A stretch of 63,926 nt of DNA, counting the filler, from Octopus bimaculoides (lineage: Eukaryota): NCBI RefSeq assembly GCF_001194135.2. It is 7 parts of 6 records of this genome, joined end to end, with 100 filler letters (N's around TTAATTAATTAA, not from the genome) between each part and the next. Parts side by side here need not be neighbours in the genome. Positions count along the whole stretch, not along the records: positions 20,404 to 52,003 come from NC_068988.1; 6 more parts are not named here. One strand, written 5' to 3'. The notes under the pieces are model-generated. The model searched no databases. It was not told the origin of the DNA and worked only from the letters and a program-made list of their open reading frames with translations. The position numbers and the translations under genes were made by a program. This document shows, in pieces, positions 26,075 through 38,564 of the stretch. Positions within the stretch are counted from its first letter, which is position 1; every line of letters starts with the position of its first letter.

Positions 26075-26228
26075 CATGATCAGAGATGCACATATCGTCA
26101 GCCACCAAGGGACATGCTCAACTGGTTAAGGTCAAACAACTGACAAGCAAATCTGTGGTATTGAGCAGAATATTTGCTGTAGACCATCCTTTATACCAAG
26201 ACAAAACAATGTACATGATAACACTTCC
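26075..26228 (-). mobile_element. Fragment of an interspersed repeat (SINE/LINE-like), unclassified
   Basis: Non-repetitive segment between a (GAT)n array and a gap; resembles a cephalopod interspersed repeat (from recall only). Confidence 0.35.
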
Positions 26229-26577
26229 NNNNNNNNNNNNNNNNNNNNNNNNNNNNNNNNNNNNNNNNNNNNNNNNNNNNNNNNNNNNNNNNNNNNNNNN
26301 NNNNNNNNNNNNNNNNNNNNNNNNNNNNNNNNNNNNNNNNNNNNNNNNNNNNNNNNNNNNNNNNNNNNNNNNNNNNNNNNNNNNNNNNNNNNNNNNNNNN
26401 NNNNNNNNNNNNNNNNNNNNNNNNNNNNNNNNNNNNNNNNNNNNNNNNNNNNNNNNNNNNNNNNNNNNNNNNNNNNNNNNNNNNNNNNNNNNNNNNNNNN
26501 NNNNNNNNNNNNNNNNNNNNNNNNNNNNNNNNNNNNNNNNNNNNNNNNNNNNNNNNNNNNNNNNNNNNNNNNATGTG

Positions 26578-26925
26578 TGGAGGCACAATGGCCCAGTGGT
26601 TAGGGCAGCGGACTTGCGGTCATAGGATCGCGGTTTCGATTCCCAGACTGGGCGTTGTGAGTGTTTATTGAGCGAAAACACCTAAAGGGCCACGAGGCTC
26701 CAGCAGGGGATGGTGGCGAACCCTGCTGTACTCTTTCACCACAACTTTCTCTCACTCTTACTTCCTGTTTCTGTTGTGCCTGTAATTCAAAGGGTCAGCC
26801 TTGTCACACTCTGTGTCACGGTGAATCTCGCCGTTAAGGGTACACGTGTCTGTGGTGTGCTCAGCCACTTGCACGTTAATTTCGGATCAACTGGAACCCT
26901 CGTCGTCGCAACCGACGGAGTACCG
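26578..26925 (+). mobile_element. tRNA-derived SINE family C, near full length
   Basis: A box TGGCCCAGTGG, B box GGTTTCGATTCC; nearly identical to 55243-55488. Confidence 0.85.
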
Positions 26926-27606
26926 TAGTAGTATTGTTGCTATCGTTGCTATCGTTGAAGCCACTGTTGTTGCTGTCCTGTGGTTGCGATTGTTATCTGC
27001 GTTATTGCTCTCACTTTTGCTGTTGCTAATTTTATCACCGTTGTGGCTGTTGATAACTGTGCGGGTGGCAGTAGCGGCGGCGGCGGCGATTATATCAGTT
27101 TTGTTGCTATTGTTGTCACAATTAATATTGTTGTTGTTGTTGTTACTGTACCGTTGTTACTATTCTTGTTATCAGGATGTTTTGTCAGTTTTTCTGTTGC
27201 TAATTCCATCACTGTTTTTGTTGTTGGTGGTGACGGTGGTGGTGGTGGTGGTGGGGACCTTAATAATTTTTGTTGTTTTTGTTGTCATCGTCCCAATCAC
27301 GATTGTTGTTGTTGTTGTTCGTTGTTCTAGCTTTCTCGCCTCATCTGCCGATATCGTAAACAAGGTTAGCCAAGAGACGGTCATGTTACGCATTGCTTAC
27401 CCAACCGTGCAATTAAGAAAACCGGCATGTTTCCGCTTTACAAGCTACCATGGAAACGGTGTTAATTGCCAAGTTGTTGCTGAGATCTTCATCATCATCA
27501 TCACCANNNNNNNNNNNNNNNNNNNNNNNNNNNNNNNNNNNNNNNNNNNNNNNNNNNNNNNNNNNNNNNNNNNNNNNNNNNNNNNNNNNNNNNNNNNNNN
27601 NNNNNN

Positions 27607-27649
<43 letters not shown>

Positions 27650-27650
<1 letters not shown>

Positions 27651-27870
27651 GTGTGAGTCTTAATGTTTGTTTGTCTCCGATCACCGCTTGAAAACTGGTG
27701 TTGGTGTGTTTACGTCCCTGTAACATAGCGATTCGGCAAAAGAAACTAATCAGGCTTAAAACAAAGAATACTGAGATCGATTCGTTTAATCAAAATTCTT
27801 CAAGACGAGGCCCCAGCATCAGCATGGACGCAATCCAGTGACTAAAACAAATAACAAATAACAAAAACAA
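27650..27870 (+). mobile_element. SINE family A 3' half, decayed
   Basis: TGGTGTGTTTACGTCCC...GGCAAAAG...CCAGCAT...ACTAAAACAA matches the family tail. Confidence 0.7.
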
Positions 27871-28310
27871 AAAGGTTGCTGAGCCTTAACAATCTTCCCG
27901 AAAATACCCAATTAGCGGGCAGTCCCCTATCGTGCTCTTAAACCATAAAACATACTCAAGAAGTCCTTAGTAAATCGCCATAGCTTCCGACCGTTCACTT
28001 TGACCAGGTTTGTTTGATCCAATGTCTTTAGTTTCATGTGTTTGAGAGAATCTTTTTTGCCTTAATGAAATATTCAGCAAGGAAATAAGAGTAATGGCCG
28101 AATACGTAGCAACGCAGTAAATGTTATGTCTTCTGGTCACACATGCACATGCACACACGCACATATGCACACACAAACGCTTACATACGTACATACATAC
28201 ATACATACATACATACATGCATGCATATGTATACAAACTTATTGATTTGCGAATGAACAATTATTTGAAGCTTAATAATAGACACGTTGCAAAGAGTAAC
28301 ATTTCTCTAG

Positions 28311-28359
28311 TCTTCTTCTTCTTCTTCTTCTTCTTCTTCTTCTTCTTCTTCTTCTTCTT

Positions 28360-28388
<29 letters not shown>
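28311..28388. repeat. (CTT)n microsatellite
   Basis: Direct reading of the sequence. Confidence 0.97.
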
Positions 28389-28392
<4 letters not shown>

Positions 28393-28791
28393 GGAATGCG
28401 GCCAAACTGGAGCAAATCGATCCCGATGATTTCTTTCTTTTATTAAAGCCTGCTGTTTATTACATCTGTTATCGAGTTCTTCTGTTTCAAAGAACCGTTT
28501 AAGTTACAGAAACGTAAACGAACCAGCACCGGTTGTCAAGAGCTGTGGAGTCAAAAACACAAAGACACGCATACTCATACACGTATACGCATTCATATGT
28601 GCATACACACAGACACACATATATGTATGTGTGTGTGTGTGTGTGTGTGTGTGCTCACGAATCCATTCACCTGAAGACGCAATAGAGGACACTATAACAT
28701 TCGGACAGATAGACGATACGAAAGCGGACAAGCGAAACAACAATTCCTCAGTCAAGTTTACCAGAAGTCCTTACAGTCTCGGGCAGTTACA

Positions 28792-28826
<35 letters not shown>

Positions 28827-30013
28827 TCATAAATATACAGGGATTAGCAATTGAGTTGCTTCTCCAACATACTGAAAATTTAGAAATAGCAGTCAAAGGA
28901 CTACTGATTCCAAACTACAAATTTTTCTCTAAAGCGGATATGGAATAGATTTCTTTGAGGTGAGGTGCCTGAACTCGCTAGCCGATGAATTCGTAAGTGC
29001 CTTTCTTATCGTTGATTTTTGGTGTCGCATGGCCAAAAATTACCGTGAATTTTTTTAGAGACACTTTCAAATTTATCNNNNNNNNNNNNNNNNNNNNNNN
29101 NNNNNNNNNNNNNNNNNNNNNNNNNNNNNNNNNNNNNNNNNNNNNNNNNNNNNNNNNNNNNNNNNNNNNNNNNNNNNNNNNNNNNNNNNNNNNNNNNNNN
29201 NNNNNNNNNNNNNNNNNNNNNNNNNNNNNNNNNNNNNNNNNNNNNNNNNNNNNNNNNNNNNNNNNNNNNNNNNNNNNNNNNNNNNNNNNNNNNNNNNNNN
29301 NNNNNNNNNNNNNNNNNNNNNNNNNNNNNNNNNNNNNNNNNNNNNNNNNNNNNNNNNNNNNNNNNNNNNNNNNNNNNNNNNNNNNNNNNNNNNNNNNNNN
29401 NNNNNNNNNNNNNNNNNNNNNNNNNNNNNNNNNNNNNNNNNNNNNNNNNNNNNNNNNNNNNNNNNNNNNNNNNNNNNNNNNNNNNNNNNNNNNNNNNNNN
29501 NNNNNNNNNNNNNNNNNNNNNNNNNNNNNNNNNNNNNNNNNNNNNNNNNNNNNNNNNNNNNNNNNNNNNNNNNNNNNNNNNNNNNNNNNNNNNNNNNNNN
29601 NNNNNNNNNNNNNNNNNNNNNNNNNNNNNNNNNNNNNNNNNNNNNNNNNNNNNNNNNNNNNNNNNNNNNNNNNNNNNNNNNNNNNNNNNNNNNNNNNNNN
29701 NNNNNNNNNNNNNNNNNNNNNNNNNNNNNNNNNNNNNNNNNNNNNNNNNNNNNNNNNNNNNNNNNNNNNNNNNNNNNNNNNNNNNNNNNNNNNNNNNNNN
29801 NNNNNNNNNNNNNNNNNNNNNNNNNNNNNNNNNNNNNNNNNNNNNNNNNNNNNNNNNNNNNNNNNNNNNNNNNNNNNNNNNNNNNNNNNNNNNNNNNNNN
29901 NNNNNNNNNNNNNNNNNNNNNNNNNNNNNNNNNNNNNNNNNNNNNNNNNNNNNNNNNNNNNNNNNNNNNNNNNNNNNNNNNNNNNNNNNNNNNNNNNNNN
30001 NNNNNNNNNNNNA

Positions 30014-30480
30014 TATGGGCGCAGGTATAACTGCGTAGTTTGGAAATTTGCTTCGTGGCACAGTTCGGTTCAATCTCACTGCGTGGAACCTCGAGCAAGT
30101 TCCTCCTTCTATCGCCCCCTTTCGGACAAAATGCTTAACTGCATTTCGTCCTCCTTCGCGTTCTCAGTTCAAATTCTGCCGAAGTCGACTTTGCCTTTCA
30201 TCCTTTCGAGGTCGATAAAATAAGTACCAGTTGAGTACTGGGGGTCGATGCAATCGATCTACTCTCTCTCCCAAAATTACTGGCCTTGTGCCAAAATTTG
30301 GAATCATTATCGTATGGTTGGTGACGAGTATTTTGCGATTTACGGTGATTATCAAGTGATCTACTTGCAAGGTATTGCGCAGCTGAAGGTGCCACGCATT
30401 GGACCCGATCTCGAAACCACGCAAACCGATATGATTGTGAAAGGAACTATTTAATCACACAACCATGCCTGCTTATAAAA
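30014..30480. mobile_element. SINE cluster: family A head (+, ~30014-30100), family B body (+, ~30125-30305), family A head (-, ~30370-30480)
   Basis: GTTCAATCTCACTGCGTGGAACCTCGAGCAAGT; GTTCAAATTCTGCCGAAGTCGACTTTGCCTTTCATCCTTTCG...GGCCTTGTGCC; minus CCAATGCGTGGCACCTT. Confidence 0.7.
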
Positions 30481-31049
30481 CAAAATTGATTAATAATCGA
30501 AGGCAGATACAAAAACACTGTAGAAATTTTTGCATTTTGAAAGCTATTCATTTGTCACACCGTAAGTATATAAACTGTTAGTTTTGCCAGCGATGTGAGG
30601 AAACTTAAAACTTTCTGCTTGTTTCACAGTAAGAAGTCTGACGCAGTTGTTGCATGACTTCTTCGTTTTAGCTTCGCTTATTCTATTCATTTGATGAGTT
30701 GCTGAATTATTATCAATATGTAGTTGTAACAACCATAGTTTTAATACTGGAGTAAATTCAGACAGAAGAACTTTGGTTCACTGGCGATAATGTGTGATGT
30801 AATTTGACGTTTCGACTTTCTGGGTTCCTGTCTAGTTGATTTACTGTATTTTGTTTTTATTTCATTTTATTTTATCTTTTTCTAGTTATGTTGTGAGCAG
30901 TGACTACGTTGTGCTTATCGGATTGTGATTAACAACCTAAGCAGCATCGTGTGTCGATAAGCCAGCTGGAGGAGATGTCCTCCTGGGGCTAAAAGCAACA
31001 GTAACATCCACCCCTAGGGGTCAGCCACACTTAAGTGGCAATATACTAC

Positions 31050-31084
<35 letters not shown>

Positions 31085-31086
<2 letters not shown>

Positions 31087-31606
31087 TCTTTACTCTTTTA
31101 CTTTTTTACTTGTTTCAGTCATTTGACTGCGTCCATGCTGGAGTACCGCCTTTAGTCGAGAAAATCGACCCCAGGACTTATTNNNNNNNNNNNNNNNNNN
31201 NNNNNNNNNNNNNNNNNNNNNNNNNNNNNNNNNNNNNNNNNNNNNNNNNNNNNNNNNNNNNNNNNNNNNNNNNNNNNNNNNNNNNNNNNNNNNNNNNNNN
31301 NNNNNNNNNNNNNNNNNNNNNNNNNNNNNNNNNNNNNNNNNNNNNNNNNNNNNNNNNNNNNNNNNNNNNNNNNNNNNNNNNNNNNNNNNNNNNNNNNNNN
31401 NNNNNNNNNNNNNNNNNNNNNNNNNNNNNNNNNNNNNNNNNNNNNNNNNNNNNNNNNNNNNNNNNNNNNNNNNNNNNNNNNNNNNNNNNNNTATATATAT
31501 ATATAAATATATATATATACATACATACATATATATATACATACATATATACGGGTTTCTATCAGTTTCCATCTACCAAATCCACTCACAAGGCTTTGAG
31601 CACCCC
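31085..31606 (-). mobile_element. SINE family A spanning a gap
   Basis: Tail at 31085-31182 and middle at 31550-31606 match 35500-35918. Confidence 0.8.
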
Positions 31607-31632
31607 ACAGACACACGTACTCTTAACATAAA

Positions 31633-31828
31633 TGCTCGGGGTGATTCGGCGTGACACAGTGGGAAAAGGATGGCCCTTTGAAATAGAGGTACAATTCATT
31701 TTTGCCAGCTAAGTAAACCGAAGTAACAGGAAATGAAGTGTCTTACTTAAAGATACAACACGTCTCCGGGGATCGAACTCACGACCTTATAACCGTGAGC
31801 CGAATGCCCTTAACCACTAAGTCACACA
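31633..31828 (-). mobile_element. tRNA-derived SINE with D-like head and C-like tail
   Basis: Minus CTTAGTGGTTAAGGG...GAGTTCGATCCC...GGCAAAAATGA...TCAAAGGGCCA...CACTGTGTCACGCCGAAT. Confidence 0.65.
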
Positions 31829-31844
31829 CTTTAATTCCTGTGAC

Positions 31845-31980
31845 ATAACGGTTCGGCAAAAAAGACCGATAGAATAAGTACCAGACTTTAAAAGAGAATA
31901 TAAATATTGGGTCGATTTATTGGACTAAAACGTGTCATGGCGATGCCCCAGTCCAGTGAAACAAACAAAAGATAAAGATA
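31845..31980 (+). mobile_element. SINE family A 3' fragment
   Basis: TAACGGTTCGGCAAAAAAGACCGATAGAATAAGTAC...GAAACAAACAAAAGATAAAG. Confidence 0.75.
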
Positions 31981-32639
31981 CTCACCGTCGAAACCGACGG
32001 AAGAATCGTTAGCGGTTGACGTTGATAAATGGAGTCGTTGGATTGAACGAAGACGCTTTGTGTTTTGTCTTTTTTTCCTGATCGTTGTCGATTTAGCTTA
32101 CGGTTTGAATAAGTCGATGAGAACAATTATATATGTCAGTAAATGAGTATTTCCGATCGAGAGAAGTTCTTATCGTTTGGTAATATGAAATAAAACAGGA
32201 TAGATTGCTGTCCAATCTCTGGAGATTGCTGCTACGATAGGATTGTTTTTGGTTAGAACTATATTGTCAGATATTAGAATATGGAAACGGCGAAGAAACA
32301 AGTTATCAATTCTTGTCGCGTCCCGCTGTGCCTAAATACGATTACAAATCTTGTTTGATGTCAAAAAGCAGAATTCTAGCTTCCATAATAACCATTTTCT
32401 ACTCCTCTCCCCTATCTCTTTTTCTTGCTCTCTTTCGAAATAATCTGTTTGTGACATTTCGAAGAAGGTTTCTGGTCAATAATAAATGCAATCAAAACAA
32501 GGAAGGCTGTTCTATTCTCTTCTAACCAGCAGTTTTCGGTGTGTTGTTGATGAGAAAGTTGAACGTGAGTAGAATTTTCGTATTGAAGTCACGTTAGCGA
32601 TTCTGAAATTTTAGTGACATTTTACTCAACTTAAATAGT

Positions 32640-33140
32640 GCTTTTAAGACATTTGAATTAATTGGTGATAATCATCAACTACTGGAATCTATGTTAAGAA
32701 TTTGATGTCTGACATATTTTAGTCTGTAATTAAGCGGTATACAGAAAAAGGAGGGAAACAGCGGCTTATTTTGTAGGCTACCGAAGTTTTGAAGCTTAAG
32801 AAAGTAAGTTCGCTGCCTGCATGTATCATATTTTACAGATTTGTGATGTAATATATTCTAGAGCTGTTGCTTATGAGTGCCATTTAGTCTAGGGAATTCA
32901 TTATAAAAGACATCAATTCAATTCTTAAGCAGAATTTGTTCAAGATTGGGACCACGTGCCATACGCCCCCAACACACTTCAGGCTCACAACAAATAAACA
33001 GCAACGCAATTTCTTTTCAACATTCTCTGCCCTATTTAAGATCCCATCACCTTCAAACGAAACTTGGACTAATTTCTTCAAGAGGTACCAGATAAGCTAC
33101 CTATTCCTTGATACATCTCAGTCAACAACAATTATCTACT
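32640..33140 (+). mobile_element. Highly decayed CR1/L2-type LINE 3' fragment
   Basis: FKRNLD*FLQEVPDK at ~33052-33097 resembles the C-terminus of such elements; the rest is barely recognisable. Confidence 0.4.
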
Positions 33141-33695
33141 GGCATGGGTCATGATGCCACAAAACTTGACTTAGAAGTTGGCTTAGCAGACTGTCTATTA
33201 AGTTTGACATGGCCTGGGCCAATTTATGATCGAAACATAATTTATCTAAGCTTACAATTTCCTACGCAATACCAGTGTATTAGAACCAAATCGATCTCCA
33301 CTATCAAATGAAAGCAAGGTCTCTCGGGCAGTTTGGAAAGGTGCTCTCGTAATCAATGTCTGTCTTTGTTGTTCTTTGACTCAAAGAAACCAGAATTTCC
33401 GAATTTTAGATAAGTACTGCGGCTAATTTTGGTATGTGAATCATGAAGAATTCTCGATTCCTTGGATCTTCTCATTTGGAGTTGATCCCAGTTGCCACCT
33501 AGCGATTGTTTAACCTTCTCTAGAAGCAGAGATAATTTCAATACATGAAAAATTGATCCGGTGTGCTGTTCAATAAACTGTTATTAGGCTTCGTTGCTCA
33601 AAACTATGCAATTAACCACGTTGAGTTATATTCTATAGATCTTTTTTGTTTTTGTTAAGTTAAACAAAACATACACACACGCATATATAAGCACA

Positions 33696-33729
<34 letters not shown>

Positions 33730-34018
33730 TACACACGTACACACACATACACACATAGTTATTAATCCAGCCAAGAGGTGGAATAGAAAAAAATGAAGTT
33801 GAAAATGCACATATAATATATTAGGATGAATTAGTATTTAATTGTATTCTAATATATAGCAATACACCTCACCGGTTTCACATTAAATTTTCAAAAGTGT
33901 ATTGTATAGTATATGGAGCTGTATCGCGAATTATGGCTAGTCAGGCCATTGCTATGAAAATAGTTTGTATATATTTGTGTCTGTGTAGTTTATGTATATA
34001 TATACGTATATATATATG

Positions 34019-34108
<90 letters not shown>

Positions 34109-34204
34109 ACAGAAGTAGCATTAGAGTAAAATAATGTGCTTAATATGTTCTTCATTTGGCAGGAGTATTGGCTACTATTTTTACCTGGAAGTGTAGGGTC
34201 ACAT

Positions 34205-34213
34205 CTGCTACTG

Positions 34214-34264
<51 letters not shown>

Positions 34265-34300
34265 CTGCTACTGCTGCTGCTGCTGCTATTGTTGTTGTTG
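34205..34300. repeat. (CTA)n/(CTG)n/(TTG)n compound microsatellite
   Basis: Direct reading of the sequence. Confidence 0.95.
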
Positions 34301-34624
34301 TTGACAGTATTTAATCTAAAATCAGTCATACGTTCAAAACTGTGCTGCACCACAAATTTTTTGCAGCACTTGACTGATTTATGTCTAAAAGTTTACCAAT
34401 TGGTACCCAAAATATTACAAGATTATTTGCTAGTGGAAAGAATACATTTTAAACATTTGATTTGAATTTAGCAAATTTTAATATTTTTTTAAAAAATTAT
34501 CTAATAAAAATTACACCATTTGCATAAAAATGTTCTATTTTACATTTTGTTATCAACTCATTATCATATAACAACGAATAGCAGACACACACATACGCAT
34601 ACACACAAATACACACACTCTCCA

Positions 34625-34696
34625 CCTCTCTCTCTCTTTCTCTCTTCTCTCTTTCTCTCTTCTCTCTTTCTCTCTTTCTCTCTTTCTCTCTCTTTC

Positions 34697-34727
<31 letters not shown>

Positions 34728-34735
34728 TCTCTCTT

Positions 34736-34766
<31 letters not shown>

Positions 34767-34882
34767 TCTCTCTTTCTCTCTCTTTCTCTCTTCTCTCTTT
34801 CTCTCTTCTCTCTTTCTCTCTTTCTCTCTTTCTCTCTCTTTCTCTCTTCTCTCTTTCTCTCTTTCTCTCTTTCTCTTTCTCT
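34625..34882. repeat. CT-rich interrupted repeat
   Basis: Direct reading of the sequence. Confidence 0.95.
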
Positions 34883-34923
34883 GTATGTTAGTATGTATGT
34901 GTATGCTTGTCTGTATTTATATG

Positions 34924-35139
34924 CAGGGTGTGGCAGAAAAATTCTTCCATATTTTGCACAGTTATTGGTGTAGCGTTAGTGAATTTATGCGGATAATAAT
35001 GGCGTCTTCTTGTAGTTAATATTCCATCGTTTTCTTTCTCTGTAGTTGCCATCTTGATTTGAGCTGGTGCAAATTGTGCATTAGCTGTTGAAATATTAGT
35101 CTTCCTGCAAAATGTGGGAGGGATTTTTGCAGCACCCTG
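34924..35139. mobile_element. Tc1/mariner-type MITE with ~35-bp imperfect TIRs
   Basis: CAGGGTGTGGCAGAAAAATTCTTCCATATTTTGCA versus TGCAAAATGTGGGAGGGATTTTTGCAGCACCCTG. Confidence 0.7.
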
Positions 35140-35499
35140 CACCTCTGTGGACATATATAGAAACACACATGGTGTGAGAAAAAGCCCTTTGATACTAATA
35201 GAAACCGGTTAACAGCTCAAGTCACGGGAACTTCGTGAGCTTTTAAAAAATGTGCATCTTGCCTTCCTCTTACTTGCCTTACCCCATTCCCCCTCTCCTC
35301 ACCGCAATTTTCCCCCCATCGCTATTAAATTCACTACACCGATTTCCACCCCTTCCGCTGACTACCACGGCTCAGGGATTCTAGGATAGGTGGTCTGCAA
35401 CTAACCGCTTGAAGCTGGCAGCTCTGTTGAACTAAGACTGGTCAATTGAACAAGATTTCTTTTATTTCGTACTGGTTTTAGGACAATGAATGTTCTCGC

Positions 35500-35918
35500 A
35501 TCTTTTTTACTCTTTTACTTGTTTTAGTCATTTGACTGTGGCCATGCTGGAGCACCGACTTTAGTCGAGCAAATCGACCCCAGGACCTATTCTTTGTAAG
35601 CCTAGTACTTATTCGATCGGTCGCCTTTGCCGAACCGCTAGATAACTGGGACGTAAACACACCGGCATCGGTTATCAAGTGATGCTGGGGGGAAAATACA
35701 GACACAGACACAGAAACATATACACACACACATACATATATATATATACATATATACGACGGGCTTCTTTCAGTTTCCGTCTACCAAATCCACTCACAAG
35801 GCTTTGGTCGGCCCGAGGCTATAGTAGAAGACACTTGGCCGAGGTGCCACGCAGTGGGACTGAACCCGGAACCATGTGGTTGGTAAGCAAGCTACTTACG
35901 ACACAGCCACTCCTACGC
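35500..35918 (-). mobile_element. Full-length SINE family A (tRNA head, CORE-like CCTTGGGCAAGT-type block, internal CA/TA microsatellite; OR2-like)
   Basis: Minus GCGTAGGAGTGGCTGTGTCGTAAGTAGC...GGTTCAGTCCCACTGCGTGGCACCTCGGCCAAGTG...tail GTAAAAGAG. The OR2/CORE label is from recall. Confidence 0.85.
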
Positions 35919-36744
35919 CTATATCTTTTGATATCTTCCTAATACATACATACATACATACATACATACATACATACATACATACATACATACACACAAA
36001 CACATATATGATGATTGCTTCATTTTAAGAGATGATAGGCTTTCCCATCAACACACACTACACCCCATCACAAAGCACAATCCCTCTGTTGATGAACCCT
36101 CAGATGACATTTAAGACCAGCTGCTGACTGACAGGGTTTAAAACACAAGTGACAGATATTATTCAGGTTTCTACTATACTTTTGCCCTTTGAGATCTGAA
36201 TCTGAAGGAATGGTTTTGTGAACTATATATATATATGCATATGTATACACACACACACACATGTATGTACATCAAATAATAATCACAATAAAATACTAAA
36301 ATACCTGTATATACAACATGAAAGCAAAATTGTAACAAAATATGTTTTATCATTCAAAAAGTAAAAAATCTGAATTACCTTGTACACATATTCATATACA
36401 TTTTCATATATATATATATATATATANNNNNNNNNNNNNNNNNNNNNNNNNNNNNNNNNNNNNNNNNNNNNNNNNNNNNNNNNNNNNNNNNNNNNNNNNN
36501 NNNNNNNNNNNNNNNNNNNNNNNNNNNNNNNNNNNNNNNNNNNNNNNNNNNNNNNNNNNNNNNNNNNNNNNNNNNNNNNNNNNNNNNNNNNNNNNNNNNN
36601 NNNNNNNNNNNNNNNNNNNNNNNNNNNNNNNNNNNNNNNNNNNNNNNNNNNNNNNNNNNNNNNNNNNNNNNNNNNATCAGGTAATGCTGAGTAAGTGCTA
36701 TGGACAGGCTCTAGGTAAACTCCAGGTTCGGTGATTATGCGAAT

Positions 36745-37376
36745 ATCATCATCATCATCATCATCATCGATTAACGTCCATGCTGGCTTAGGTTGGATGG
36801 TTTGACCGAGGTCTGGAGAGCCAGCAGCTGCATCAGGCTCCAATCTGGTCTTTCAGAGTTTCTACAGTTGGATGCCCTTCCTAACGCCGACCACTCCGAG
36901 AGTGTAGTGGGTGCTTTTTACGTGCCACCGGCACAGGAGCCAGTAAGGCGAACCTGGCATCAACCACGTTCGGATGGAGCTTTTTACGCGCCACCGCACG
37001 GGAGCCAGTTAGGGGGTACTGCCATCGGACACGTTCGAATGGTGCTTTTTACGTACCTTCGGCACGGGAGACAGTCTGGGGGCACCGGACCCAGGTACGA
37101 TACTGGTTTTACTTGACTCAACAGGTCTTCTCAAGCATATCATATTGCCCGACACATCAGGAGTATTCTTAACAGGGCTGGACATGTTTAGCTGCGATCT
37201 TACTTTAATCGGGTCTTCTCAATCACAGCATATCTCCAAAGGTCCCGGTCTCCTGTCATTGCTTCTGTGAGGCCTAATCTTTGAAGGTCATGCTTCACCA
37301 CCTCATCCCATGTCTTCCTGGGTCTACCTCTTCCACAGGTTCCTTCTACAGTTAGGGAGTAGCACTTCCTCAATGG
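36745..37376 (-). mobile_element. 5'-truncated RTE LINE 3' end (ORF C-terminus, 3' UTR, (GAT)n tail)
   Basis: GTCGRGRPRKTWDEVVKHDLQRLGLTEAMTGDRDLWRYAV* ends at 37200; the UTR contains AGGAAGGGCATCCA; a second UTR copy is at 47572-47803. Confidence 0.8.
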
Positions 37377-37435
37377 TGTGTGTGCTTGTGTGTGTGTGTG
37401 CGTGTGTACGTGTGTGCGTGTATGCATGTATTTCG

Positions 37436-37528
37436 TATTCCCGAGCGTCATACTAATACATCCTTTTGTTATTTACACCACCTGTCCTCGTCTGCTGTTG
37501 TTTTTTCGTACATTCTCCTATATATATA
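37436..37528 (+). mobile_element. (TA)n-ending short repeat, same family as ~4060-4140
   Basis: CCCGAGCGTCATACTAATACAT aligns with the minus-strand GCCGAGTGTCAAACTAATACAT at 4065-4086. Confidence 0.5.
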
Positions 37529-38506
37529 NNNNNNNNNNNNNNNNNNNNNNNNNNNNNNNNNNNNNNNTGAAAAGGATATCTCGTGCATAGCACTTGACTA
37601 GAGATGATGGCGGTCCATTTCGGAGTGATAACCATTTATTACACATTGTTAAATTATGGACTCCATTGCAAAACGAATTTTAATGGTTAAATTTAACTAA
37701 GCGTGAGCAAAATAAATTACACACGCCATAAACTGCTTTTAAAATCAAAACAAATGAGAAATTAACAAGAAAGAAGAATAAGAACAAGAATAACACTAAG
37801 AACGTCGACAACAACAACAGCAATAACAGCATCAACAACAACAACAATAGCGATATCATTCAGATGATAGCCAAGTTTGTCATACATATAATTATCAAAC
37901 TCCATCTTCCTTGAGCTCCAAAGATGTCAGCGGACTTTCACTGCCTTCTTAAGTCATATTTATTTCTTCGTTAAAATATTAATTTCTTCAGTAAAATCCA
38001 ACGAATGTCACCCTGTTTTATTTATTTTTTTTGTGTGTGTCTATATTTACGTTTTTATTGTTTTACTTTTCAATTTCTTTTGCTTGGTTATTTTTGTTGT
38101 CTTTTTTTAATCAATATTTTGTTGTTCTTATTGTTGTTAACATCTTGCCCTTTTCTGTGTGAAAGGCAAGAATATGGTAATTTTGGTGGAATAAACGGTT
38201 ACATTTCTGTGAGCCAAAATGGCTGTATATGTTAACTACAGCGTTCTTTTAATCAAGAAAATTTTCAATAATTATTGATATCGATTATTCCCTTTCAGTG
38301 TTTATGTTCAATATTTCCTGATATTTTCCCCTTTTCTTTTCTTCTGTTTTTTTTTCTTTTTCATTCTATATCTTGTTTTAATTTTTATTTAATTTTGTTT
38401 ATTTTATTTTTTTAACAAACAGCAATGATTTATGTTTGTCTTGAAGATTCTACAAACAGTTGACTTTCTTCTTCCTCTAATACCCGCCTTACCAACCTAC
38501 TATATC

Positions 38507-38564
38507 CGCCACCAGCGCCACCAGCGCCACCAGCGCCACCAGCGCCACCAGCGCCACCAGCGCC
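38507..38564. repeat. 9-bp tandem repeat (CGCCACCAG)x6
   Basis: Direct reading of the sequence. Confidence 0.95.

Noticed and set aside
28645-28760. CTGAAGA...GCGAAAC hammerhead-like pattern
   Set aside because: Only a 2-bp stem II and no stem I partner after a UH site.
28997-30223. Long ORFs of 300-430 aa here and at 47.7, 49.4 and 55.9 kb
   Set aside because: Open only because they run through N gaps.
33353-33541. 62-aa minus-strand ORF with a possible acceptor
   Set aside because: No donor, no recognisable motif, and length expected by chance.
36910-37105. Regularly spaced repeats suggestive of a CRISPR array
   Set aside because: Eukaryotic context, homologous spacers, and location inside a LINE 3' UTR.
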